Shown here: positions 27,484 through 39,800 of the stretch, piece after piece
Numbering within the stretch: position 1 is the stretch's first letter
How the letters are laid out: every line of letters starts with the position of its first letter
Assembly (NCBI GenBank): GCA_002269645.1
Contig: NIVC01000099.1
Location: 826,853 to 890,852, forward strand
DNA length: 64,000 nucleotides
Source: Macrostomum lignano
Lineage: Eukaryota
Direction: 5' to 3'
Program-made: the position numbers and the translations under genes
The notes under the pieces: model-generated
What the model was told of the DNA's origin: nothing
Database searches by the model: none
What the model saw: the letters and a program-made list of their open reading frames with translations, nothing else

Positions 27484-28776
27484 CGAGGGGCACTATTAAA
27501 GTTCTGAGCCTTAATATGAAAGAGAGGAGATATGGGCAAAGTGAGATCAGCTTTTCTCAACATAGTCTCCCCCAACCAAGATGCACTTATGGCATCTTGA
27601 TCACAGCGCCTCAATGCCACTCTGGAAGAATTGCACCGAGCAGCCCTCAAACCAAGCAGTTGCAGCATCCTTCAGCGCATCATCAGTGTCAAATCGCTGT
27701 CCACGGAGCGCCCGCTTGAGATGTGGAAACAGGTGGAAGTCGCTCGGGGCCAGGTCTGGTGAATAGGCTTGGTGCGGCAGCTCTCGAAACCCTGCGACAC
27801 TAACAGCAGCCTTGGCAATCCTGCTAGTGTGGGCCGGTGCATTGTCGTGCAGCAGCACAACACCTCGGCTCAGCATCCCTCGCCTATTTTCCTTGATTGC
27901 CTCGCGCAGACATGCGATCAGGTCAGCGTAGTAGGCGCCTGTGACTGTCTGCTTGTGCGGTAGAAAGTCCAGCAGCAGCGGGCCCTTGGCATCCCAGAAG
28001 ACGGTGAGCATAATCTTGCCCGCACTGCATGCAGTCCGTGCCTTCAGTGGTGCAGGTGAACCAACTGGCAGCCACTGCTTGGACTCCTGCTTGGACTCGG
28101 GATCGTGGTGATGGATCCACGTCTCATCCCCGGTCACGCAGCAGGACAGAAAGTTGGCAGGGTCCGGATTGTAGGAGTCCAGAACAAGCTTTGAGTACTG
28201 CACCCGTGCGGTCTTTTGGTCCCTTGTCAAGATTCGTGGGATCCATCTGGCAGAAACCTTGGACAGATGAAGATGCTGGTGCAGGATCTCAATGACTTGC
28301 GGGTCAGAGAGTCCAGTGTCTGCCGCAAGTTCCCTGACTTTCACCCGCTGGTCACTGTCAACCAGAGCCTGGATGCGCTGGATGTTGTCGGCAGTGACAG
28401 CAGTCCGGGGTCGTCCACATCGGGGGTCATCTTCGAGCGAGTCGCGGCCACGCTTGAACTCGGCTGCCCAGCGATTTATGGTGGCGTATGAGGGGGCAGC
28501 GTCAGCGTACACACTAGCCATGCGGCTTTGAATTTCAGCAGGCTTTGAGCCCTCCAGAGTCAGAAATTTAATCACTGCCCTGTGCTCAAGCTTCAATTCT
28601 TGAGAAAATGCCATGGGGTGCTGGAAATAAAATGGTGCAGTGGGACTTAGGGAATGCAGAAAATTCTGAAAAGTTGACAATAGACTATTAACATGTGGCG
28701 CTTTTAGAGCCTAAAGTTTCAACACTTTGCCACTATAAGATCTTGGTCAGGCTCAGAACTTTAATAGTGCCCCTCG
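27484..28776 (-). mobile_element. Full-length mariner (DD34D) DNA transposon, 1293 bp
   Basis: Perfect 28-bp TIRs CGAGGGGCACTATTAAAGTTCTGAGCCT (27484-27511; 28749-28776), TA TSD at 27482-83 and 28777-78, transposase ORF inside. Confidence 0.97.
27547..28614 (-). pseudogene. Mariner transposase with a premature stop 17 codons before the natural end
   Basis: ATG at 28614 (MAFSQELK); motifs [24 protein letters not shown]; TGA at 27601-27603 followed in frame by SRCHKCILVGGDYVEKS* (27547-49), the usual mariner C-terminus. Confidence 0.85.
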
Positions 28777-28994
28777 TATCTGCTGTATCATTGATTTGTC
28801 TGTGCTGCCAAATTCCCTGTCAAGCCTTTCCTGTTCAGCGTATCGTTTTTTTAGCGAAATTAATTTGGTGAGTTGAGCATCAACTTCTCACAGTTTTAGT
28901 GTCACTTTGCTGCTTGTCCAGGCATGCTTTGCCCTCCTTGTTGTTCCGCATGCCGCTTGCTTCATCAACTGCAGGAATCTTGAGAAAGAAAAAA

Positions 28995-29490
28995 AGTTAT
29001 CTCTCTTATCTCACCTTTTATCTCTCTCTATCTCACCCTCTATCTCTCTGTATCTCACCCTCTATCTCTCTTTATCTCACCTCTATCTCTCTGTATCTCA
29101 CCCTCTATCTCTCTGTATCTCACCCTCTATCTCTCTTTATCTCACCCTCTATCTCTCTTTATCTCACCTCTATCTCTCTGTATCTCACCCTCTATCTCTC
29201 TTTATCTCACCATCTATCTCTCTTTATCTCACCTCTATCTCTCTGTATCTCACCCTCTATCTCTCTTTATCTCACCCTCTATCTCTCTATCTCACCCTCT
29301 ATCTCTCTTTATCTCACCCTTTATCTCTGTATTTCACTTCTCTCTCTGTCTATCACAGTCTATCTCTCTTTATCTCACCTCTATCTCTCTGTATCTCACT
29401 CATCTATCCTCTTTATCTCACCCTCTATCTCTCTTTATCTCACCTCTGTCTCTCTGTATCTCACCCCCTATCTCTCCGTATCTCACCCTC
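28995..29490. repeat. CT-rich minisatellite (TATCTCTCT(T/G)TATCTCACC(C)TC, about 20-22 bp)
   Basis: Periodicity. Confidence 0.92.
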
Positions 29491-29864
29491 CTTGAATTCT
29501 CACCCTACTTGAATGAGTTTTGAAGCTCCTGCACTCTTGGCTGGTGCTTGAGCTGCTGGCTCCTGATCTCTGTTAATTTGCGATCTGCCTCTGTCACTGT
29601 TAGTGAAACTTGGCTCATGGCATGCTACTGGTTGGTGTCGCGCTTGGAACAATACAATGATGATCGCACAGTACTTCCAGTCACATTCTTTAATGATTTG
29701 CGTCAGTGTAACTGAAGTGTTTCTGGCTTATTTTCATGGATTTTTTAAACTTTTTTATCAGAAGAGCTAATTTCCTACAGACGTAAAGAACCAGATACAG
29801 ACAGGCAGACGGGGGAGACAGAAGGGAAGACAGTAAATCGAGACGGATAGAAGCGAGACTATAT

Positions 29865-30440
29865 TGAGGGAGACGGAAGAGGGGAGCAGAAGATGGGAGA
29901 CAGGAGATAGAAGGGAGACAAGAGAGGGAAGACATGAGAGGGAGGGGGAGGTAGGGGAGACGAGAGGGAGGGGGCAGAGGGGAGACACAAGGAGACAGGA
30001 GATGAGAGGGAAAATAGGGATAAAAGGAGAGGGGAGACAAGAGAGGGAAGACAGGAGAAGGGAGACAAGATATGGAGGGGGAGAGAGGGGAGACAGGAGA
30101 GGAGACAATATATGGAGGGGGAGAGAGGGAAGACAGGAGAGGAGACAATATATGGAGGGGGAGAGAGGGAAGACAGGAGAGGAGACAAGATATGAAGGGG
30201 GAGAGAGGGAAGACAGGAGAGGAGACAAGATATGGAGGGGGAGAGAGGGAAGACAGGGGAGGAGACAAGATATGGAGGGGGAGAGAGGGAAGACAGGAGA
30301 GGAGACAAGATATGGAGGGGGAGAGAGGGAAGACAGGAGAGGAGACAAGATATGGAGGGGGAGAGAGGGGAGACAGGAGAGGAGACAAGATATGGAGGGG
30401 GAGAGAGGGGAGACATGAGAGGAGACAAGAGGAAGACAGG
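29865..30440. repeat. GA-rich repeat with a 40-bp core unit GGAGACAAGATATGGAGGGGGAGAGAGGGAAGACAGGAGA
   Basis: Unit starts at 30301 and 30341; polypurine strand. Confidence 0.92.
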
Positions 30441-31089
30441 AGGGCACCAGGCAGAGCCTGTATCCAGGCCAATAAGCATAAAATTTGTCAGGCTGCGAAA
30501 TGCCAACTGGCCCCAAGAAATCCTAAAGGAATGCCATTCAGCCAATGCTTTTGTTTCTCAAGTCACGGAAGCCGAAGTCCCGCAGGAGACGTTCGATTTA
30601 ATTTTATAATCAGTTTATCTAGCCAACTTGTTACCTCCTTGGCCTCCGGGGTAGCAACCGCGGCAGTCAATTCGGGCGAGCTGAGACCCTGTCGGATCCG
30701 ATGGAAGTTTTCACAACTGAACCGGTGGCACGTGACTTTATAAATCTTCTCTCCCAGCAAGTCAGTCGCCAGGGTTGTAAATAAAACTCGCTCGCTCCCA
30801 ATGCCGCGATTGCCGATTAGCGGTGAATAGAGAGGCAGAGAGAGAAGGCCTGTTCAAGTCTCACAATAAAAGCGGGAAATTCGATAGCTGAACGGTTTGG
30901 ATTTGGCTATTTATCGATATGGCGTGTGAAATATTGTTTTCCTGACAATAAATTCTCGTTCAGGCATCGCGGCATGCAGTTTTGCGGACATAAATTCCCA
31001 AAGCCCATGGCTCCTGACACCCAGCTGTTTTGCTTCATTCTGTTCAAGCGCCATGAAGCCTGAAGCATGAAGGCTGGCATCAGGTGAAC

Positions 31090-33100
31090 CCTACCGTACC
31101 TGCTCTGCTCTTCATTCTACTCCTCTTCTATCGTGTCTACTCCCTTCTACCGTGTCTACTCCCTTCTACCGTGTCTACTCCTTTCTACCGTGTCTACTCC
31201 CAATTCTACCGTGTCTACTCCCTTCTACCGTGTCTACTCCCTTCTACCGTGTCTACTCCCAATTCTACCGTGTCTACTCCCTTCTACCGTGTCTACTCCC
31301 TTCTACCGTGTCTACTCCCTTCTACCGTGTCTACTCCCAATTCTACCGTGTCTACTCCCTTCTACCGTGTCTACTCCCTTCTACCGTGTCTACTCCCAAT
31401 TCTACCGTGTCTACTCCCTTCTACCGTGTCTACTCCCAATTCTACCGTGTCTACTCCCTTCTACCGTGTCTACTCCCAATTCTACCGTGTCTACTCCCTT
31501 CTACCGTGTCTACTCCCAATTCTACCGTGTCTACTCCCTTCTACCGTGTCTACTCCCTTCTACCGTGTCTACTCCCAATTCTACCGTGTCTACTCCCTTC
31601 TACCGTGTCTACTCCCTTCTACCGTGTCTACTCCCTTCTACCGTGTCTACTCCCTTCTACCGTGTCTACTCCCAATTCTACCGTGTCTACTCCCTTCTAC
31701 CGTGTCTACACCCTTCTACCGTGTCTACTCCCTTCTACCGTGTCTACTCCCAATTCTACCGTGTCTACTCCCTTCTACCGTGTCTACTCCCAATTCTACC
31801 GTGTCTACTCCTCTTCTATCGTGTCTACTCCCTTCTACCGTGTCTACTCCCAATTCTACCGTGTCTACTCCCTTCTACCGTGTCTACTCCCAATTCTACC
31901 GTGTCTACTCCTCTTCTATCGTGTCTACTCCCTTCTACCGTGTCTACTCCCAATTCTACCGTGTCTACTCCCTTCTACCGTGTCTACTCCCTTCTACCGT
32001 GTCTACTCCCTTCTACCGTGTCTACTCCCTTCTACCGTGTCTACACCCTTCTACCGTGTCTACTCCCTTCTACCGTGTCTACTCCCAATTCTACCGTGTC
32101 TACTCCCAATTCTACCGTGTCTACTCCCAATTCTACCGTGTCTACTCTCTTCTACCGTGTCTACTCCCAATTCTACCGTGTCTACTCTCTTCTACCGTGT
32201 CTACTCCCTTCTACCGTGTCTACTCCCTTCTACCGTGTCTACTCCCTTCTACCGTGTCTACTCCCAATTCTACCGTGTCTACTCCCAATTCTACCGTGTC
32301 TATTCCCTTCTACCGTGTCTACTCCCTTCTACCGTGTCTACACCCTTCTACCGTGTCTACTCCCTTCTACCGTGTCTACTCCCAATTCTACCGTGTCTAC
32401 TCCCTTCTACCGTGTCTACTCCCAATTCTACCGTGTCTACTCTCTTCTACCGTGTCTACACCCTTCTACCGTGTCTACTCCCTTCTACCGTGTCTACTCC
32501 CAATTCTACCGTGTCTACTCCCTTCTACCGTGTCTACTCCCTTCTACCGTGTCTACTCCCTTCTACCGTGTCTACTCCCTTCTACCGTGTCTACTCCCAA
32601 TTCTACCGTGTCTACTCCCAATTCTACCGTGTCTACTCCCTTCTACCGTGTCTACTCCCAATTCTACCGTGTCTACTCCCTTCTACCGTGTCTACTCCCT
32701 TCTACCGTGTCTACTCCCTTCTACCGTGTCTACTCCCAATTCTACCGTGTCTACTCCCTTCTACCGTGTCTACTCCCTTCTACCGTGTCTACTCCCTTCT
32801 ACCGTGTCTACTCCCAATTCTACCGTGTCTACTCCCTTCTACCGTGTCTACTCCCTTCTACCGTGTCTACTCCCAATTCTACCGTGTCTACTCCCTTCTA
32901 CCGTGTCTACACCCAATTCTACCGTGTCTACTCCCTTCTACCGTGTCTACTCCCAATTCTACCGTGTCTACTCCCTTCTACCGTGTCTACTCCCTTCTAC
33001 CGTGTCTACTCCCAATTCTACCGTGTCTACTCCCTTCTACCGTGTCTACACCCTTCTACCGTGTCTTCTCCCTTCTACCGTGTCTACTCCCAACACTACT
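31090..33100. repeat. Minisatellite of mixed 19-bp (CTACCGTGTCTACTCCCTT) and 21-bp (...CCCAATT) units, about 100 copies
   Basis: Periodicity; source of three overlapping 666-766-aa pseudo-ORFs. Confidence 0.97.
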
Positions 33101-33699
33101 CTACTCCCACACTCCCTGTTCTACACCATATAAATTTCCTAAAATTGGAATCCCCATTTTCGTGTTCCCGTCCCTACCTGCTCTCCCACTCTACAAGCCC
33201 TCAACCGCAGCTCCGGCGGTTAAATATCAGCGACATTCCCCGCACCAAACTGGCACCGCGCGCCTCTGGAAACATCAAACAGGACCGCCAACCGCATTGC
33301 GGCCTACAGAAGCCCGAGCGTGCGGCAATATTAGAGTTGAAAACACCGGCCGCTATACAGGGGCAGCCACTGGCGATGCGATAAGGCAGTTCGAGATAAG
33401 AGAGACCGGCAGCGTTCGGCTGCGGGAGGGGCCGCCAGTGTGCAGCTGGTAGCGATCGCCTATTAACTGAAAACACAATTGCGCCAATGCAGATTTGCCG
33501 TGTCAAAGTGCAGCGCAGGCAGTGAACGCTGGATCGGACTTATCAATCTGTTTCCCTCGCTTGCGCCATGCAGCACTGACAGAATCTGCGCGGCTAATGA
33601 AAACCGCGATCACGTGACAGAGGGGCTGCGAATTTATGCTGATTCTTCAGACTGATAAATGAGCGTCATTCCGCTTTGGCAGAATCCGGCACCACTGTA

Positions 33700-34345
33700 T
33701 TGACCCCGGGCGGAAGTGGGTCAGATTGGGGCGGATTGACTCCGGGCGGGAGTGGGTCAGATTGGGGCGGATTGACTCCGGGCGGGAGTGGGTCAGATTG
33801 GGGCGAATTGACTCCGGGCGGGAGTGGGTCAGATTGGGGCGGATTGACCCCCGGGCGGGAGTGGGTCAGATTGGGGCGGATTGACCCCCGGGCGGGAGTG
33901 GGTCAGATTGGGGCGGATTGACTCAGGTGGGAGTGGGTCAGATTGGGGCGGATTGACTCCGGGCGGGAGTGGGTCAGATTGGGGCGGATTGACTCAGGTG
34001 GGAGTGGGTCAGATTGGGGCGGATTGACGCCGGGTGGGAGTGGGTCAGATTGGGGCGGATTGACCCCCGGGCGGGAGTGGGTCAGATTGGGGCGGATTGA
34101 CTCAGGCGGGAGTGGGTCAGATTGGGGCGGATTGACTCAGGTGGGAGTGGGTCAGATTGGGGCGGATTGACTCAGGTGGGAGTGGGTCAGATTGGGCGGT
34201 TTGACTCAGGTGGGAGTGGGTCAGATTGGGGCGGATTGACTCAGGTGGGAGTGGGTCAGATTGGGGCGGATTGACTCAGGTGGGAGTGGGTCAGATTGGG
34301 CGGTTTGACACGGCAAGAGTGGGTCAGATTGGGCGGTTTGACACG
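33700..34345. repeat. G-rich minisatellite, 39-40-bp unit GGGAGTGGGTCAGATTGGGGCGGATTGACTC(C/A)GG
   Basis: About 16 copies. Confidence 0.94.
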
Positions 34346-34844
34346 GCAAGAGTGGGTCAACTCGGCCAGCACTGTACATGTACATTCAGCCACAATGAAA
34401 ATTCGGAGGATCAGCCAAGTCTTCCTTACAGCTGCCGGCGAGGGGTATAAATTATCCCATGAAACTGCATCCCACTGTTGAACGAATCTCTTCCCCCAGC
34501 AGCAACCGTGCAGGACCCCCCCCCCTCAGACTCAAAGCGAGCCACGAGCTGTTATCTCAGCTCCAGCACCGGCCGCAAGCTCAAATATATGGCGGCCGTG
34601 CAGGCTGCAGCTTCCGCAGTCCATCAAGCGGCTCTCTGCGACAGATTTACAGCTGCGCGAGCCCAGCGCTGCCGCAACTCGGGTCCCCAATGCAGTGATT
34701 TATCCGGGGTGTTTATGGCTGTTGGCTGTGGCCAGAAACCCGCATGCAGTTCTGAGTCAGTCAACGAACTGCTTCGTGGAAAAAGCCCATTACCTCCAAT
34801 ATCCACATTATCATCCCACCTCATCTCTGCTCCCCATCCTTACT

Positions 34845-35530
34845 TCTCAACTACCCATCCATCCCTACTCCTCAAATGTCCACCCCAACTCCTCAAATCC
34901 GCCATCCATACTCCTCAAATCTGCAATCCCTACTCCTCAAATCCGCATCCCTACTGCTCAAATCCGCATCCCTACTCCTCAAATCCGCATCCCTACTCCT
35001 CAAATCCGCATCCCTACTCCCCAAATCCCCATTGGTACTCCTCAAATCCCTATCCTTACTTCTCAAATCCCCATTGGTACTCCTCAAATCCCTATCCTTA
35101 CTTCTCAAATCCCCATCCCTACTTCTCAAATCCGCCATCCCTACTTCTCAAATCCGCCATCCTACTTCTCAAATCCGCCATCCCTACTTCTCAAATCCGC
35201 CATCCCTACTTCTAAAATCCGCCATCCCTACTCCTCAAATCCGCCATCCCTACTTCTCAAATCCGCCATCCCTACTTCTCAAATCCGCCATCCCTACTTC
35301 TCAAATCCGCCATCCCTACCACTCAAATCCGCCATCCCTACTTCTCAAATCCCCATCGCTACTCCTCAAATCCCTATCCTTACTTCTCGAATCCCCATCC
35401 CTACTCCTCAAATCCCCATCCCTACTCCTCAAACCCCTATCCATACTCCTCAAATCCTCATCCATACTCCTCAAATCCCCATCCATACTCCTCAAATCCC
35501 CATCCCTACTCCTCAAATCCCCATCCATTC
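34845..35530. repeat. Minisatellite, 21-22-bp unit CTACT(C/T)CTCAAATCCGC(C)ATCC
   Basis: Periodicity. Confidence 0.93.
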
Positions 35531-36374
35531 TCCCCAAACCTTATCGATTGCAAGCATGTAAAGCAACGATAAAATGTGCAGTTTCGTTTTGTATTCATCA
35601 AAGAAAGCAAGTGCAATCTTGCAACAAATATGGATAAGAAGATTCCTCATGAAAGTCGAGCTGGCTCGAATTCAAATCTCATGCTCTAAAGCGGTGTATA
35701 TTTAATCTGTCATCAAACCCGGGGCACTGCAGTCACACATGGCAGTAAATGCATGGTCAAAGTGCCGATCTTGCAAGGAAGCTTTGCAGCATGCAACAAA
35801 ATAATGCTTTCTGATATTCGGACAGGCACGACAAATATGAGAAATAAATAATAGATAAAAATTCCAACCATCCTACTGCCATTGGTCAGCAGTAGAATGT
35901 TGGGGACATGCAACGATAAATTTAATATATCATTTGATTTGGTTGCTGAGGCAAATGGGCAGACAAGCAAAAACGTTAAAGAAGGGAACAAGAAGCCGAT
36001 TCGCCACCTCAGAAGGGATTCAAAGATCAACAGTGGCAATTATCAAGCCAAGGGTGAAAGCAGTTCTTGACTAGGCATGCTTGCGCGCGCACGAGTCCCG
36101 ATGTTGGCAATGGTTAAGCATTGGGAGGGATGTGGGGAATGCAGGCACACGCAAAATAATTGTCCAAATTTTGTTGCAAATATTCACTTAGAATTTTGGG
36201 ATGCAGGGTACTGCGAGTCTGGAGCAGCTGCGCCCCAACCATTTTTTCATCTGGTAAATAACAAAAATTACGAATTCAAATATCAACCCTCGTCAAGGTA
36301 GGAAAACCGGCGCACATCAGAGAAGTAAACAGCGGAAACCAGCACGCATGCGCGAGTCCCCGGGAGTCTTGAGC

Positions 36375-36827
36375 TCTTAGCAACAGAACAGGTCAAGCAA
36401 CAGAACCGCTTCTATAGTAACCGAGTTCCAAACCTAGCAACAAATTTTATCGCCTTGCAACAGATTATAACAGTTTCCATAGCAACCGAGACTCCCAGCC
36501 TAGCAGCAGAATTATTTCAGTTTTCATAGCAACCGAGTCACCAGCCTAGCAGCAAAATCATTTAGTTTCCATAGCAACCGAGTCCCCAGTATAGCAACAA
36601 AATCAATTTAGTTTCCACCGCAACCGAGTCACCAGCCTAGCAACAAAATCATTTAGTTTCCATAGCAACCGAGTCCCCAGTATAGCAACAAAATCAATTT
36701 AGTTGCAATAGCAACCGAGTCCCCAGCCTAGCAACAAAAATCATTTCAGTTTCCATAGCAACCGAACCCCCAGCCTAGCAACAAAATCAATTTAGTTGCC
36801 ACAGCAACCGAGTCCCCAGCCTAGCAA
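36375..36827. repeat. About 46-bp minisatellite (GTTTCCATAGCAACCGAGTCCCCAGCCTAGCAACAAAATCATTTA) directly 3' of the ABCF3 stop
   Basis: About 8-9 imperfect copies abutting the TAG at 36828-30. Confidence 0.9.
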
Positions 36828-39800
36828 CTAAGCCAGCTCGAGCTCCTTCTCTACCAGCCGCCTGTAGGCGTCAATGCCACCCTCAATAGTCCGCACCAGG
36901 CCATCGGAGACCAGCCACAGCTCGGTGCAGATCATCTTGATCAATCGCTCATCGTGCGACACCAGCACAACGCCGCCGTTGAAGGAGTTCAAGGCGTCGC
37001 CAAGGGCTTTGATGGTCTGCACGTCCAGGTGATTGGTGGGCTCGTCCAGCACCAGGAAGTTCGGCCGGCCGGCGGCGATCAGGGCGAAGGCGATTCGACA
37101 TTTCTGGCCGCCGGACAGCAGGCGGATTTGGCGCAGCGCCAGGTCGCCGCCAGCGCCAAACTGTCCGAGCTGCTGCCTGTAGGCCTCCTGCGGCTGGCCG
37201 GGAAATGTCCGGGCCATGAACTCCAGTGGGGTCGAGTTCAGGTCGAGCTGGTCAACGAAGTGCTGGGAGAAATAGCCGATGCGCAGGCTGCGGTGCGCGT
37301 GCCGGACGCCCTTCGATGGGGACAGGTCGCCGAGGATGATCTTCAGCAGGGTGGATTTGCCCTGCGGAGTCGGGTGGGTGGCGTTGCTATGGTTACTGCT
37401 GGCATCACTTGATTCCACAGCATTCCTACCATTCCTACTCTCTAAAGCATTCGCCTTCAGAATCATTTTGCTAGGAGTTGTTAGGGGAGATTTGAAACAG
37501 GAATTTAGGAATCTTTTAATAGATAGGGATTATTTTATCTCTATTCTAAGGATTCCAAACCAGATTGCGATTTTATCCCTAGATTCCAAACCAGATTGCG
37601 ATTTTATCCCTAGATTCCAAACCAGATTGGGATTTTATCCCTAGATTCCAAACCAGATCGGGATTTTTCATCTCTAGATTCCAAACAGATTGGGATTTTT
37701 ATCCCTAGATTCCAAACCAGATATGGATTATTTTTATCTGTATTCTAGATCCCAATTCAGATTGGGATTATTTTTATCCCTATTCTAGGATCCAAATCCA
37801 GATTGGGATTTTTCTAACCCAATTCTAGGCTTTCGTTTTGACAGGCGCCCCCTCACCTGGCCGTTCTCTCCCACAACGCAGATCCTGGAGTCGGAGCCGG
37901 CGCAGGCGCAGACGCCCTTCAGCACGGTCCGGTCACTGCCCGGATAGCCGAACACGACCTCGTCCAGCTGCAGGATGGGCGGCGACAGCTTGTCCTCGAC
38001 CGGCGGGAACTTCATCGTGACCTCCGAGTCGTGGACTGGCGCCTCCAGCTTGGGCATGGCCTCCAGCATCTTGATGCGGGACTGCACCTGGCTGGCCCGG
38101 TTGGCGTTGTAGCGGAACCGGTCGATGAACTTCTGGATGTGCTCCCGCTCGGCCATCTGGGCGTCGTACTCGCGCTGCTGGTTGAGCAGCTTCTCCTCTC
38201 TGGAGCGCACAAACGTGTCGTAGTCGCCCTTGTAGTACTCCAGCCTCCTGTTGCTGATGAAGAGGATGTCCGTAGAGACGGCGTTCAGGAAGGCGGTGTC
38301 GTGGGACACAACTAAGAGGGTGTTTGGCCAGCGCTGCAGGTAGTTCTCCAGCCAGATGATGGCCTTCATGTCCAACATGTTGCTGGGCTCGTCCAGCAGC
38401 AGCAGGTCCGGCCTGCGGTGGCGGGGCAGTGATAATGGGACAGGGTTAAGCATGGGACTTTGGGGTTCGAAATGACCCTAAAAACTCCCTTCAGAACCCT
38501 AAAACCTCCCTTTTAAATCCTAAAACCTGCTTTCAGAACACTAAAATCCTCTCCAAAACCCTAAAACATCCCTTCAGAACCCTAGCGCCCCTTTAGAACC
38601 CTAAAAACCTCCCTTCAGAACCCTAGCGCCCCCTTCAGAACCCTAAAAACCTCCCTTCAGAACCCAAAAACCCCTTGAGAACCCCAAAACCTCTTGAGAA
38701 CCCCAAAACCCCATTGAGAACCCCAAAACCGCATTGAGAACCAAAAAACCCATCTAGAAGCCCAGTTATTTCCAATAAATGGAGAGAAGAAAAGTGGAGA
38801 GGCTAAAAGTGATATTCCTTCATGGCAAAACTAAAATAAGGGCAGAGATTGGCGCTTTTCTGCACTCACTTGGCAAACAGCGCCCTGGCAAGCGCCAGTC
38901 GCATTCGCCAGCCGCCGGAAAACTGCTTTGTGGGCGCGGTCTGCATCGCCGGCGTGAAGCCCAGGCCGTGCAGGATGCTGGCGACCCGGGACGGCGCCTT
39001 GTCCGCCTCGATCGCGGCCAGCTCGGCGAACAGGGCGGCCAAGCGGTCGGCGGCGCCTGGCGCGTCTGGCTCGGCGCGGCAGCGCGCCTCCTCGGCCAGC
39101 AGGCGGGCCCGCTGCTCGTCGGCCTGCAGGACGCTCTCGACTGCCGGAGTATCGTCACCTGCCACCTGGGATTGGGGAAGCCCGGCGGGTTGAGGAGAAT
39201 GTGAGTGGCTCAGCTTCAGGTCATTTAGACCTCTCATCTAGAGATTGTAAATCTAGATAAAGAAACCGTGAATTCGGATACAGAAACCGTAAATGCGAAT
39301 AAAGAAACCGTGAATGCAGATACAGAAACCGTGAATTCGGATAAAGAAACCGTGAATGCAGATACAGAAACCGTGAATCCAGATAAAGAAACCGTGAATG
39401 CTGATACAGAAACCGTGAATGCGAATAAAGAAACCGTGAATTCAGATACAGAAACCGTGAATGCGGATAAAGAAACCGTGAATTCAGAAAAGGAAACGGT
39501 GAATTCAGATAAAGAAACCGTAAATGCGGATATAGAAACCGTGAATGCAGATACAGAAACCGTGAATCCGCAGCCCAGCTACTCACCTCCTGCTCCACGT
39601 GCAGCACACGGATATGCGATGGCACGCTGATCTGCCTGGTGCTCAGCAGCTTCAGCAGGGTGGTCTTGCCCAGCCCGTTCCGGCCAACAAAGCCGTAGCG
39701 CCTGCCGCTGGCCAGGGTGAGGTTGGCGCCCTCCAGCAGCTGCCGACTGCCGAAGGCGATGTCCAGACCTTCAACGCGAATATCGCGCACGCGGCCCGAC

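Noticed and set aside
31084-33452. Three overlapping 666-766-aa plus-strand ORFs
   Set aside because: The 19/21-bp unit simply lacks stop triplets on this strand; all three frames open is a repeat artefact.
34478-35637. 245-288-aa ORFs downstream of tsh
   Set aside because: Mostly repeat-derived; the unique part shows no recognisable motif or splice-supported exon.
38470-38755. Interstitial telomeric repeat
   Set aside because: Only isolated AACCCTAA words inside a longer unit; no (TTAGGG)n run.
39268-39630. (ETVNSD)n ORF
   Set aside because: Antisense translation of a 21-bp minisatellite in ABCF3 intron 2.
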